Assembly: GCF_963921235.1 (NCBI RefSeq)
Contig: NC_086097.1
Location: 46,068,001 to 46,132,000, forward strand
DNA from: Mobula hypostoma
Taxonomy: Eukaryota
Direction of reading: 5' to 3'
Length of the DNA stretch: 64,000 nt
Part shown: positions 47,173 through 58,739 of the stretch, piece after piece
Layout: every line of letters begins with the position of its first letter
Numbering within the stretch: position 1 is the first letter of the stretch
The notes under the pieces: generated by a model
Told to the model about the DNA's origin: nothing
What the model saw: only the letters and a program-made list of their open reading frames with translations
Database searches by the model: none
Program-made: the position numbers and the translations under genes

Positions 47173-48033
47173 GGATTATCATTATTTAGTGGCACTCACT
47201 TTTTTTTTAGCAGGATAAAAACCAGTCTACCTTTCAATAGTAGAGTACTTAGTTGTTTCAACATAAAAACATTTCATAGTGCTGACCAACCTCAAACCTT
47301 CTGGATTTGCCAAGCTACAGTACTTATTGCCCTCAAGTAGCCATAACACTGGAAGCAGGGAAAAAGAGAAATCTGACCCATTTAATTCATGGAAGGGAAA
47401 TCTGTGTTTAACTCTAAATGAAGTCTGTACCTGTAAAAATAATCTGTGATTCTACATACTTCTCTTGATACTGTTCAATTTTTATTTTTTTTAATTTTAT
47501 TTTTATTTGGATAAGGAGTTCACAATTATCATGTACTTTTTTCACACATATAACCTTTTCCATTTATTTATATGTATAAAACTACAATTATTTATACATT
47601 CTTAAGTACACATTGAGATGATATAAAAGTAAAATAAACATTTAAATAGTTATGTACTGTGGTAAATCTAACCTATTAGGCTAAGTAATGAAATTAGTTG
47701 TTAAGAAAAATGGTAATAATAGTTTCCATACAACCCTTCTGGACCATTTCCACTGGTCCAAAATGTTGCATACAAGCCTATATACCAACCATTGTAGGTG
47801 TTTATATCCCAATTTGTTCATGCTTGTTCCTGCCCGCAGACATAATTATCCAATCCCTATGTACTTATTTACTTAATTTTTTCATTTTTTTTTTATCCCT
47901 TTCCCAAATCTTTCCCTTTACTTGTGTTAATTCTCTATTTTCCAAAAAAAACCAACAAACATTTAGACTAGGGGTGCTTACGTTAGCAATATTACTGTGT
48001 TGATGAGAAGAGCAATATAAATCATTAGGAGAG

Positions 48034-51000
48034 TCATCTAAAGTCTGCTCGCATTGGGGTTATATATTCAATCCATTTATTCCAGATTTGATAAAATGTT
48101 TCTTTTTGAGTTCTCAGGGAGTAGGTCAACTTTTCCATTTTAAATATTTCCAAGATAATTTCGTACCAATCTTCTAATGTAGGTGGTATTGGATTTAGCC
48201 ATTTTCTAGTGATTGATTTCTTACTTGCCGCCAAGAGGGCCTGCAGCAACTTTATATCTTCCTTCTGTTCAAGGAACAATACATGCCCCAAATAGAGCGT
48301 CTCAAAGTTCAGAGGTATCTGGGACCTAAGTACCTTAACTAATGTTCTATGAATACCTTCCCCAAATAGACTTAATTTAGGGCAATCCCAGAAAATATGA
48401 AAATGATTTGCCTCCTTGGAGCCGCACCTTCTCCAACACATCACATTTGTATCTTTATATTTTTCCTGATATGGGGTCTTGAAGTATCTTATAATGTTTT
48501 TCCAACAATGTTCTCTCCAAGTCAAAGAATTAGTCGAGGACCATTGAAAGCTGCAGATTTTCCCCCAAGCCTCCTCTGAAAGTACCAACCCCGCTTCTTT
48601 CTCCCACTTCTCTTTAATATAAAGTGTATTTACATTTTTAGCATGGGAGAGTGCATTATATAGGCGAGAAACTGATTTACTAGGTATTGAACTGCAAGCC
48701 GAATTCAGAATCTTGAAAAGTTCTAATTCTACTGTTGATAGGTCTGTATATCTACAACTCTGGTTAACATAGTTTCGTATTTGAAGGTACCTAAAAAAGT
48801 CATTATGTTCTAGGCCATGTTTGTCCTGCAGGATTTGGAAACTTTGTAATACTCTTTTATCTATAAATGAGAGGTAGGTTGTAAGACCTTTCTTTATCCA
48901 TAGCTCAAATCTTTTATCTCCTCTGTTGGGAAGGAATTCGGTATCATATGCACACCATCTAAAGAGTTTTAGCATGTTATTAATTCCACATGAATTAACC
49001 ACCTTCTGCCATACTTTTAATGTAAGATTTATCCAAGCATTATTAAATTTTTCCAACTGGGCCATCAATCCTTTGTCAGCTATTGAGGCCTGAAGAGGAA
49101 AACTGTCAACTAATCCAAATTCTATTTCCTTCCATCTAGCCTTATATTCCCTATTACACCAATATAACAGAGGGGTTATCTGTGAGGCATAAAAATAATT
49201 TCTCAGGCAAGGAAGAACCATACCTCCTCTTTCCTTCCCTAACTGTAAGGTGTTATATCGAATTCTAGGTTTCCTTCCTTGCCAAATGAAGCGGGAAATC
49301 CATTTGTCCCATTCCCTGAATTGATTATCATCCACCTCCACTGGTAAAGTACGGAAAAGATATAATAACCGAGGAAGAATATTCATTTTTATAGTATTTA
49401 TCCTTGAATTTAAACTTAAAAAGGGGATAAGATTCCATCTATGCATATCTGCTTTTATCTCTGAGATTAATGGCTCATAATTTACCTGTGACAGTGTTGA
49501 AAGATCCTTCGGCAGGGTTATTCCTAAATATTTTAATGATTTAGCTTCCCACTTAAGATCGTATGTATCCTGCAATTTTTTGGATGGTGTATAATTTAGG
49601 GACATAACCTGCGTTTTCTTTACATTTATTTTATAACCTGATATTTTCCCAAAGTCATCCAACAGTGTAAACAATCCTATAAATGATTTTTCTGGTTCAC
49701 TCAGATAGACCAAAACATCATCTGCGAATAACGCCACTTTCTGTTCAATCCCTGCCACCTTGATACCTTTTACGATTTCGCTCTGTCTTATTAGTTGGGC
49801 AAGTGGTTCAATATATAGAACAAAAAGGAGAGGAGAAATTGGGCATCCCTGTCTAGTGCCTCTCTCTAAAATGAAGGAGTCAGAGAGGTCCCCATTTATC
49901 TTAATTCGGGCTGTTGGGCTGTCATACAGAGTCTGAATTACTTTAATAAACCTTTCTTGAAAGCCGAATCTTCCTAACACTCTGTATAGGAATGCCCAAC
50001 TAACCGAATCAAAAGCTTTCTCAGCGTCCAATCCTACTACCATTGTCTCTGTCTCGTTCTTATTAACCTGTTCTAATATGTGCAGAGTTCTCCTTATGTT
50101 GTCCTGTGTTTGTCTTTGTTGAATAAATCCAGTCTGGTCTAAATGGATTAGGCCAGGTAAAAGCTTTTCCAATCTGCGCGCTAATATAGATGTAAATAGT
50201 TTGTAATCTAAATTAAGAACACTAATTGGCTGATAATTGCCACATTCTAGTTTATCTTTACCCTCTTTAGGAATAACTGAAATAATCGCTTCTCTCCAGG
50301 AAGGTGGAGTTTCTCCTCTCTGCAAGATCCAATTAAAGGTGTTAGGTAGTAATGGGGCTAACTGTGTCTTCAGGGACTTGTACCACTCTGAGGTAAACCC
50401 ATCAGAACCCGGGGACTTTCCAGCCTTTAACCTAGAGATGGCCACGTTCAGTTCTTTGACAGTTACTGGTTCTAATAAACTTTCATTTTGTAAATCTGTA
50501 AGTTTAGGTAGATCTAAAAAATTCAATACACTGTCTATATAGGGCTCACTGGGGGCCCGGGGTTGGGAGTACAGCTCTCGATAATACGTTTCAAAACTCT
50601 CTTGAATTTTCCCTATTGTACTCTCCACAAGCTTTGTCTTTGGATTCTTTATTTTATGAATTGCATTGTCTGCTTGTTGTTTTTGTAATTTATATGCTAA
50701 TAATCTAGCTGATTTACCTCCTACTTCATAATTCTTTTGTCTCAGGTAAAGAAAATTTCTTTGAGTTTCCAACGTATAAATATCATCAATTTCACTTTGC
50801 AATTTCCTAATGTCCTGTTTTCGATTTGAATTACTTTTGTTGCTATCTCCAACTTGAAGTTGTTTTAATTTTCCTTGAAGGTCTGCTAATTTTTGTGCAT
50901 TGAATTTTTTCATGTGAGTAGTAATGGAAATAATTTTCCCTCTCAGTACAGCTTTCAATGTATCCCATAAAATCACTGGTGATGTTTCTCCCGTGTCATT

Positions 51001-51822
51001 AAGGTCTAGATGTTCTTTGATTTCTCCCCTTAATCTCTCCATTACTTTTGGGTTATTAAGTATATGTGAGTTTAGCCTCCATAGTGTTTTCCTCATTTTC
51101 CTTTCCAGGATTAGAGACATAGAGACTGGGCTATGATCCGACAGATCAATTGTTGCAATATTACAGTTTTTTATCCTGAGTCTATCTGTATTAAAGATAA
51201 AGAAATAGTCTATCCTTGAATAGGCTGAATGAGGGAAAGAGTAATATGTATAATCTTTACTAGTAGGGTGTAATTCCCTCCAGACATCTATAATTCCCAA
51301 CTCCTCCATCAATGAATTCACTTTCCGAGTCAGAGGTTTATTCTGAGTAACTATTCTTGAAGAATCTAATATAGGATTTAATCTAATATTAAAATCCCCT
51401 CCACAAATTACTACCCCTCGAGAACTGACCATTAGGTCAAAAATGTGTCTATAAAATGACCATTCACTACCTGGAGGAGCATAAACATTCAGCAATGTTA
51501 TTTCTGTAGCTTCTATTCTTCCTGTGATTTTTACAAACCGTCCTTCTTTGTCTCTAGTCTCTGAAATATGTTCATAATTAAGAGTACTTGATATTAAAGT
51601 AGCTACCCCTCTTTTGTGACTCAATTTATATGATGAATAAAATACATGCTTAAAGCCCATTCTTTTTAATTTTCCATGTTCAGATTGGCTCATATGTGTT
51701 TCCTGGAGGAAAGCTATTTGTGCCCTCTCTTTTTTCAATTTAGACATAATCTTATTTCTTTTAATTGGATTCAAAACCCCATTAACATTATAGGAAATTA
51801 TTTTTACCAATTCAGTTTGCAT
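48034..51822 (-). CDS. L1 ORF2 protein (APE endonuclease, reverse transcriptase, C-terminal Cys/His motif), 1262 aa, uninterrupted
   Basis: SYNVNG, LQETH, NVYAP, GGDFN, SRIDYF, SDH (EN); LDAEKAFD, QGCPISPLLF, FADD, KYLG (RT); CWRRCG...HIFWDC. Confidence 0.96.
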   Translation of the reverse strand: MQTELVKIISYNVNGVLNPIKRNKIMSKLKKERAQIAFLQETHMSQSEHGKLKRMGFKHVFYSSYKLSHKRGVATLISSTLNYEHISETRDKEGRFVKITGRIEATEITLLNVYAPPGSEWSFYRHIFDLMVSSRGVVICGGDFNIRLNPILDSSRIVTQNKPLTRKVNSLMEELGIIDVWRELHPTSKDYTYYSFPHSAYSRIDYFFIFNTDRLRIKNCNIATIDLSDHSPVSMSLILERKMRKTLWRLNSHILNNPKVMERLRGEIKEHLDLNDTGETSPVILWDTLKAVLRGKIISITTHMKKFNAQKLADLQGKLKQLQVGDSNKSNSNRKQDIRKLQSEIDDIYTLETQRNFLYLRQKNYEVGGKSARLLAYKLQKQQADNAIHKIKNPKTKLVESTIGKIQESFETYYRELYSQPRAPSEPYIDSVLNFLDLPKLTDLQNESLLEPVTVKELNVAISRLKAGKSPGSDGFTSEWYKSLKTQLAPLLPNTFNWILQRGETPPSWREAIISVIPKEGKDKLECGNYQPISVLNLDYKLFTSILARRLEKLLPGLIHLDQTGFIQQRQTQDNIRRTLHILEQVNKNETETMVVGLDAEKAFDSVSWAFLYRVLGRFGFQERFIKVIQTLYDSPTARIKINGDLSDSFILERGTRQGCPISPLLFVLYIEPLAQLIRQSEIVKGIKVAGIEQKVALFADDVLVYLSEPEKSFIGLFTLLDDFGKISGYKINVKKTQVMSLNYTPSKKLQDTYDLKWEAKSLKYLGITLPKDLSTLSQVNYEPLISEIKADMHRWNLIPFLSLNSRINTIKMNILPRLLYLFRTLPVEVDDNQFREWDKWISRFIWQGRKPRIRYNTLQLGKERGGMVLPCLRNYFYASQITPLLYWCNREYKARWKEIEFGLVDSFPLQASIADKGLMAQLEKFNNAWINLTLKVWQKVVNSCGINNMLKLFRWCAYDTEFLPNRGDKRFELWIKKGLTTYLSFIDKRVLQSFQILQDKHGLEHNDFFRYLQIRNYVNQSCRYTDLSTVELELFKILNSACSSIPSKSVSRLYNALSHAKNVNTLYIKEKWEKEAGLVLSEEAWGKICSFQWSSTNSLTWREHCWKNIIRYFKTPYQEKYKDTNVMCWRRCGSKEANHFHIFWDCPKLSLFGEGIHRTLVKVLRSQIPLNFETLYLGHVLFLEQKEDIKLLQALLAASKKSITRKWLNPIPPTLEDWYEIILEIFKMEKLTYSLRTQKETFYQIWNKWIEYITPMRADFR

Positions 51823-52184
51823 TTTTCTCTAGTAGAGAAAAAGCACTCTCCTTTTCTAACCAAACAGTAAGCAATCCCTTCTCAACAGTAAACCAAGACA
51901 TATAACCACACCCTAGACATTTCTGAACGTATAACATTTGAAAATTTTCCCCGACTTCCCACAGTGAGGCCTGAGCACCGACCCGCCTCAGTTCGGAGGG
52001 ATAACCTCTATCTGCACCCTGTGTTAGAGGGCCCTCAGCAATTTGAATAATCATAGAGAATTTTCTCCTATTTATGTCTCGACCATATTGCTATCATTCA
52101 AGTTATTCCGCCTAGATTATTTTCAGTTACCAGTTTTCATTTTACTTTTAAGTCCGATTTACTCTTTTCAGTCATTTCTCTTAA

Positions 52185-52367
52185 TTAATCTGTATTCTCT
52201 GTACATTCGTGTCTGAATATTTGCAGCTTTTCCTTGTAGTTTGACACTCTGGTTCGAGTGGAGCGTCCTCGCCCCACTAACTGCCACGACTTCTGCCGAA
52301 TCCTCTCCAGTAGCGACTCCAGTTGGGTGATAACTTTAATAGGTAGTCCCCGGTCCGCCAGGTCCGA
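52185..52367 (-). pseudogene. C-terminal remnant of L1 ORF1
   Basis: Open frame from the truncation point: SDLADRGLPIKVITQLESLLERIRQKSWQLVGRGRSTRTRVSNYKEKLQIFRHECTENTD*. Assigned by its position upstream of ORF2. Confidence 0.7.
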
Positions 52368-53274
52368 CGTTGATACTGTTCAATTTTTAAGCTGAGTAAT
52401 GATCATCCTAATTGTCCTAACTTGTACTTCAAGTTTTCGGTCCCCACTTCAGATCTGTGTTCTTTTTAGACTCCCTTAATGTATGGTGTTTAATTCAAGG
52501 GGCGAATGTCTTTTGCTTTTACACTCTATATTTCCCAAGTTCTTTCTGATTGCTGGCTCCTTCCCACACAAACAACATTCTGCTTACACTTTAATGCCCA
52601 TCTCTTGAACTGTTCAACAGCTTTCAGCAAAAAATAAGGCTATTTCTTAAAATCTTTTTAAAATACTCTCATTTTCAGTCAGTCCATCACTCATAAATGA
52701 GGATATAAGAGAACTTCCCCACTGTATTTGTACAAAGAGTCCAACAAAGCACTCTGCAGGCTATGCTTCCTTGTCTTTTAATGATTACAGTTCAAGTGTG
52801 CTGCATCCTCCCCTCTTCTCCCCCACCTCATTAACGTTATGCTCCTCATGTAACCTTCAATTTCAACATCTCCAAGTTTCCTATGTGGACCCGAGGTAAT
52901 CTAAATCAAATGGTCTTGAAACAATTGCAGTTTTAAGCAAATCCTGAGCACTCAATGGCAACCAATACAAATGGTCCTTTGTACTCCATTATCTAGAACT
53001 GTTGTCTGTCAAAGTTGTAAAACATGCTGGTGTGAGAAATCGACCTTGAGCTTGACACATAACTTCCTATTGCAAATGTTACTTGAGTCCTTGTATGCAT
53101 ATTATCTGTGCTGGTAACTGGAGAGTTTAATGCTGATTCCATTATTTACAAAATCATTGTTATTTAATTTTCCAGAAATAATTGTCTCATTAGAATGAGT
53201 CCAACAGAAATCAACAGAGCTTCAGTAAAGATATCAATGCTGAAGCGCTAAAGTGCATGCTTTTTCAACCGCAG

Positions 53275-53504
53275 GTGAAGATATCACTTTCAATGATCCT
53301 GATCAGTATAAGTGGTATGATCCCAAATATTGGCAGACAATTTTATCAAAAAGTGAGTTGGAAAAAAACAAATACACCTTTACTTTGGACGAAGAAAGTG
53401 TCCCTTGCCAACATGATGATGTTGTCTTTCAACCTGGAACATCTTTCCGTGTGGATTTGGACGCACAGTATATTAATGTTAAAACTATTTCTCTAATGAA
53501 TAGG
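53275..53504 (+). CDS. AMN: Amnionless exon 5 (230 nt)
   Basis: CCGCAG acceptor and GTGAGT donor. GEDITFNDPDQYKWYDPKYW...DEESVPCQHDDVVFQPGTSFRV matches human WHDPHLW...VPCRHDDVFFPPSASFRV. Confidence 0.95.
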
Positions 53505-53743
53505 GTGAGTGCTTACTTCTTTGTATGATAACTAATTTCTTCCAGTATAGAACATAGAACAGTACAGCACAGGACAGACTCTTTGGCCTGCAGTGTTGTG
53601 CTGAACCAATTAAATTAGCAATGTCATATCCTTCCATTTTCCTCACATTCATGTGCCTATCTAAACAGCTCCTAAAAGTATCAGCAACACACATCAAAGT
53701 GTGTGAACGTAGCAGGCCAGGCAGCATCTCTAGGAAGAGGTAC

Positions 53744-53779
53744 AGTCGACATTTCAGGCCGAGACCCTTCGTCAGGACT
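53744..53779 (-). ncRNA. Minimal type I hammerhead ribozyme motif in a Penelope terminal fragment (53684-53779)
   Basis: AGTC-CTGACGA-A-GGGT-CTCG-GCCT-GAAA-TG-TC-GACT: core boxes, stem I (AGTC/GACT) and stem II are present. One change from GAAACGTC. Confidence 0.65.
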
Positions 53780-54732
53780 TTATCATCTGCTTTACTTAAT
53801 ATAGAGTATGAAGGCTTAATGTAGAGGCTACACCTAAGGTGAGAAACAGTGTTAGTGTTTCAAGTCAAGCTTCCCGAAAGTGGACAGCTCTGAATAGAGC
53901 AGGCAGTGGCTACTCTTAATGTGTGACCAAGCCAGTGTGTCCGACTGAAGAAGCAAATGTCACCTGCACTGTGCTCCTGCTTTACTACGATGGGCAGCCC
54001 GCTCAGTGTCCTCCTCACCCTGGGTTTGCTGGCAGCGTGTGGCATGTTTACACTAATCAGCCACGGTATTGTAAACGAGGATGCCACGCTAAAATGGTAA
54101 CAAATATTAGTAAGGCTACACCTTGTTAATTATGTACGATTCTAGTTGCCACACAACAAAAAATGATGTGAATGTGTTGGAGAGATTAGTAGAAGAGACG
54201 TTGCCTGGACTGGAGCATTTCAGTTATCTGGGGAGATGGATAGATTGGTTTGATTTTTCTGGAGTGTAGGAGGCTGAGGGATAAGCTGATAGAGTTTTAT
54301 AAAATTGGGAGAGATAAATAGTAAGAATCTTTCATCCAACAAGGGACAGATGAGGGCATAAGCATCAAGTGAGAGGTAGAAGAGATTTGAAGGGGAATTT
54401 TATGTTAGTATTTGGATGCTGGAACATATTGTCTGAGGATGTGGTGGAGTCAGATACTTTCACAACATTTAAGAAAAATCTGGACAAGCACTGAAATTAC
54501 CAAGGTATACAGTAGAAAGATACAGACTAAGTGTAGTAAATGAGGATAGCACGGACAATTTCAATGGTCAGGATGAACCTTGTAGGCCAAAAACCCCAAT
54601 CCTATACCGTATGACAGCACCCCTGAAAACAAGCTTTCGTCATTTTCTGTGGCTGAAAGTGAAATGTCATGTGTCAGTTTGGTTTTGCTCATTTGAATAA
54701 CCTGAAATTGAAAATGTTGTCTTGCGTTGCAG

Positions 54733-54870
54733 AAATTTATTAGTAGTGGAGATTTTAATAATTACAAACAGTCAAACACTGGAAGACTGCAGTTCCATGG
54801 AAATGCCTCTGTCGCTGTGACCAACACCAAGTGTGAAGATAAATCTGGCTGTGAATGTGGTAATTCTGAT
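54733..54870 (+). CDS. AMN: Amnionless exon 6 (138 nt)
   Basis: TTGCAG acceptor and GTAAGG donor. KFISSGDFNNYKQSNTGRLQFHGNASVAVTNTKCEDKSGCECGNSD matches human GRLRFHG...CADPSGCVCGN. Confidence 0.93.
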
Positions 54871-55019
54871 GTAAGGATCTAATAGATGTGCTGATCTGAA
54901 GTTTCTACAGTGAGTATGGTCTAGATTTCCACGAAAGGTTTGTGATTCAGAGTATGGTAATGCGTAAGTTTTTTCAAAGGCAAATTAGTCCCTTAACTGT
55001 GAGCTGAAGGACAATGATA

Positions 55020-55985
55020 CATGAGGAGAATTGGGCCATTCAGCCCATTGAGTCTGCTCTGCCATTCCATCAAAGCTGATTTATTATCCCTCTCAACCTT
55101 GTTCTCCTGTTCCTCCCTTAACGTTTGACACCCTTACTAATCAAGGAACTATCAACCTTTGCTTTAAATATACCAATGACTTGGCTTCCACAGCTGTCTG
55201 TGCCAATGAATTCCATTGATTTGCCACCCTTTAGTTAAAGAAATTCCTTCTCACCTCTGTTTTAAGGGAATGTCCTATTCTGAGGCTCTAGCCTCCGATC
55301 CTAGATCTCCCCACTATAGGAAATATTGTCTCCACATCCACTCTGTCTAGACCTTTCGATATTTGATATGTTTCAATGAGATTCCCCCCTCATTCTTCTA
55401 AACTCCAGCAAGTACAAGCCCTGAACCATCAAATGCTCCTCATACAATAATCCTTTCATTCCCAGAATCATTCTCGTGAATCTCCTCTGGGCCCTCTTTA
55501 AACCCGGAACATCCTTTCTTAGATAAGGGAGCTATACTGCTCCCAATCCATCACCCTGACCATTGGCCTGACCATTGTCTTACTAAGCCTTAGCATTACA
55601 TCTTTGATTCTATGTCCTGGTGCTCTTGAAATGAATGCTAACTTTGCTTTTGCCTTCCTCACCACTGACTCAACTGGCAAATTAACCTTTAGGGAATCCT
55701 ACACATGGACTCCCAAGTTCCATTGCACCTTGGATTTTTGAATTTTCTGCCCATTTAGAAAATAGTCTATAGTTTTATTCCTTCTACCAAAGTACATGCC
55801 ATTAACTTCCCAGCAGTGTATTCCATCTGCCACTTTGCTCATTCTCCTTGTGTAAGTCCTTCTCCAGACTCCCTGTTTCCTCAGCACCACCTGCCCCTCC
55901 AGCTATCTTCATATCATCTGCAAATGTGAACACAAAACCATCCGTTCCATCATCCAAATCATTGACACATTACATGAAAAGAAGT
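55020..55985 (-). mobile_element. Decayed CR1 RT/3' fragment
   Basis: Resembles 31480-32400; remnant YFGRRNKTIDYFLNGQKIQKS. Confidence 0.8.
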
Positions 55986-58739
55986 AATCCAAACAGTCTC
56001 ATGTTTTGGTGATCACGAAACCATTAGATCATGTATAAACTCTTCTGGAGCAATAAAACCTTGCCTGGTCTTCTGGCCTATAATTTATTTCTCATAACCA
56101 TAAATACCACGATTTAGTTTGTTGAATTTATGCCGACTCTCAAAGCAATGGCATTGGTCTCATTCCCATTTTTTTTCCCCGGTCAACAATTTTCCTCCAT
56201 TCTCCTACATCTCTTTTACACTTGGGGCAGTTTCCTGCAAATCAACTTACAAGTCTGGGACGCAAGAGTAAACTAATGCTCCAAGAGGATGCAGCCCATA
56301 TGTCGAAGGTGCAAAGGCCAGATTGATAGCACCTCAGGGCAGGATTGAACCTTGGCTGCTTGAGTTTTGTGTGCTCTAGCTATTGGACCACAATTACCAC
56401 ATGTATCTCCTGATCCTCTGATGTGACTGACTCATCTCTCTCTCAAGGGCAATTAAGGATGGGCATTGTCATTATCCATCCTCCAGCGTAATATAAGATG
56501 TGCATCCTTTTGACATTGTTCACTAACTCAGCCATTAACAATATTACAAAGATGGTCAACTGAGATTTTTAAGAAATCTTCATTCAGACATTCTGTGTGC
56601 CAAGGTGGATCTTCATAGGTGAGAGTCATTCTTCAGTGTAAGATTTATGTCAGGTTTGAAGTTCAGCAGCCACTCTAGGTTTGAGCTGAAATTCTGGGCT
56701 GATGCTGCAGTGTTTTGCTGAATGAGCTCTGCACTGTTGGACATCCTGCTAAAGTGATCCTCAGCCCGTCCCCTGGGGGCCCGCACTGTACACTTCCTGA
56801 ACACTTCTTTCCTTCTCTTGCCAGTGTCTTGTTATGTAACCAGTTTCCTACCCAAGTTCTTTTATTCCAATGGACAACTATTCTAAGTTACCACACACAG
56901 GCTGACGGGAAAAGCATATGACTCTGAGGATCAGCGAAAATCTTATCATTTCCTTGTGGTTCATTAACAGAAATTCCAAGTGACTAGTCATAGCCTTGAG
57001 ATCGAAAATGAACGGGCATTTCTTTGCACCATATGATTCAGCTGTGAACTACAGCTCAGATTGATGACTTTTGTGGACTTTATACTGCGGCTTACTCTTC
57101 ACGTGCAATAAAACTGAAACACAGGAATTTCCCACATACCTCCAATTGCTAATAGAACAAAAGGTGCAAAGGTTCTTGTAAGTTCACTTCATAGTAAGTC
57201 ACGAAGAAGTGACAACACTTCCTGTTATCCTCACAGAACTTCACTGTGTCACTTTAAGCTGGGAAAAAGCAGGAGGAAGGAAATGGTTCCACTTGTGCTT
57301 TGGAATTGGTGGCTTTTGCAAATATCTGAGGAGACCAAACACACTTTCCACCAAATCCGTCTCTACTGACCGCGAAGGAGGAGCTGCCAGTCAATCTGAT
57401 TCAATAGAAAAGTAATTAAGCAGCTGACTAACGGGCAGTACCATCTCCTTTGCCCTTCAGCGTATGTTAACACATCAAGGGAACCTTACATCATGGCAAC
57501 AGCTTTTTGCTGCAGTCACTGTGGAGTTGGTTTGCATCACAATGCATTTTGGCCACACCTAGTCTGAAACACCGTGATCCAAATTTCATGTGATTAGTCA
57601 CTCCATAAATATTATCAGTACATTAAAAAAAAAGCAGAAGCCATTAAAGATCTCAGACTAAACAAAATGCTGGTTGGTGACACTCAGTAGCTGTGGAAGA
57701 AGCCAAAAAGAGATAGTGTATCAACGATTTGGCAAAAGAGTCCATCGCAAAACATCAGATTTCCTGTTCGTGACATGAACTGCTTGGACAAAGTCAAACT
57801 ACTCCTGACTGCTAATGAGAAGTTAAAAGTAGCAAAACAAAATGCAGACGTTAGGTTAGCTTAGTACACAGACAGATTTATACAGGGTGGAGCATGAATC
57901 AAGTGGTTTACATCTTCATATAAGTCCTCCACCTAATTATTGATTGCCAAGCACTGGAGAGAACCGCTCTGGGGATTTTAGAAGAAACAGGATGGTGCAG
58001 TTTATGGGTGCTCTGCTATCAAAATATTTGGTTGCAATGTATTGACTTGGGTGTAGGGGACTGAGGGTGCAATAGCCAAACTTTCAGGATGGACGGGCTA
58101 GCCCATTGTCAGGAGGGTACACAGAGCCTGCAAATTAATATATAGCACAGGAAATTGGATGGTAGTCAACTTCACAAGGGAGAATGAAAAAGCAAATTGT
58201 AATTTAAATGGAATGGGTATACAAATGGTCCAAGTAAATTAAATCAAAGGTTCACAAACAGATATAGCAACCAATTAGGAAGGCCAATGGCTGGATGTTG
58301 AAAGGATGTTCTGTATTCCCTTAGCAGAGGTAACTACAGCTAGGGCGTATGGTTTCAAAATGAGGGATTAATCATAATGGGTAAAAATGAAGAAGAATTT
58401 GTTCTGAGAGCTGTGAATCTCTTGAATTCTCTATAAAGAAGAGTTGTAAAGATGGAATCATTGAATATATTCCAGTCAAGAATTGAAAGTTGTTGAAACT
58501 ACAAGGGTGTTCAGAGGGGCAAGAAGAATCAGCATCAGGTTTATTATCGCTGATATATGCCATGAAAGTTGTTGTTTAGTGACAGCAGTACAGTGCAGTA
58601 GATAAAATATACTATAAATTGCAGTAGGGTGGACCAGACTGCTGATTCAAAGAAGGCAAAAAAAGGTGTTTTGTGTTTCTTGATAAACACTTTGTGGGGC
58701 CTTGTCACACTCTTGTTCCCTAACCTGTAACATCTATGA

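Larger units (their letters stand above)
47485..52369 (-). mobile_element. Young L1-clade LINE, 5'-truncated within ORF1, antisense in AMN intron 4
   Basis: TSD TTGATACTGTTCAATTTTTA at 47465-84 and 52370-89 (TT/AAAAA target on the minus strand), an A-rich tail, ~550-bp 3' UTR, intact ORF2, a ~360-bp spacer and an ORF1 C-terminal remnant. Confidence 0.96.
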
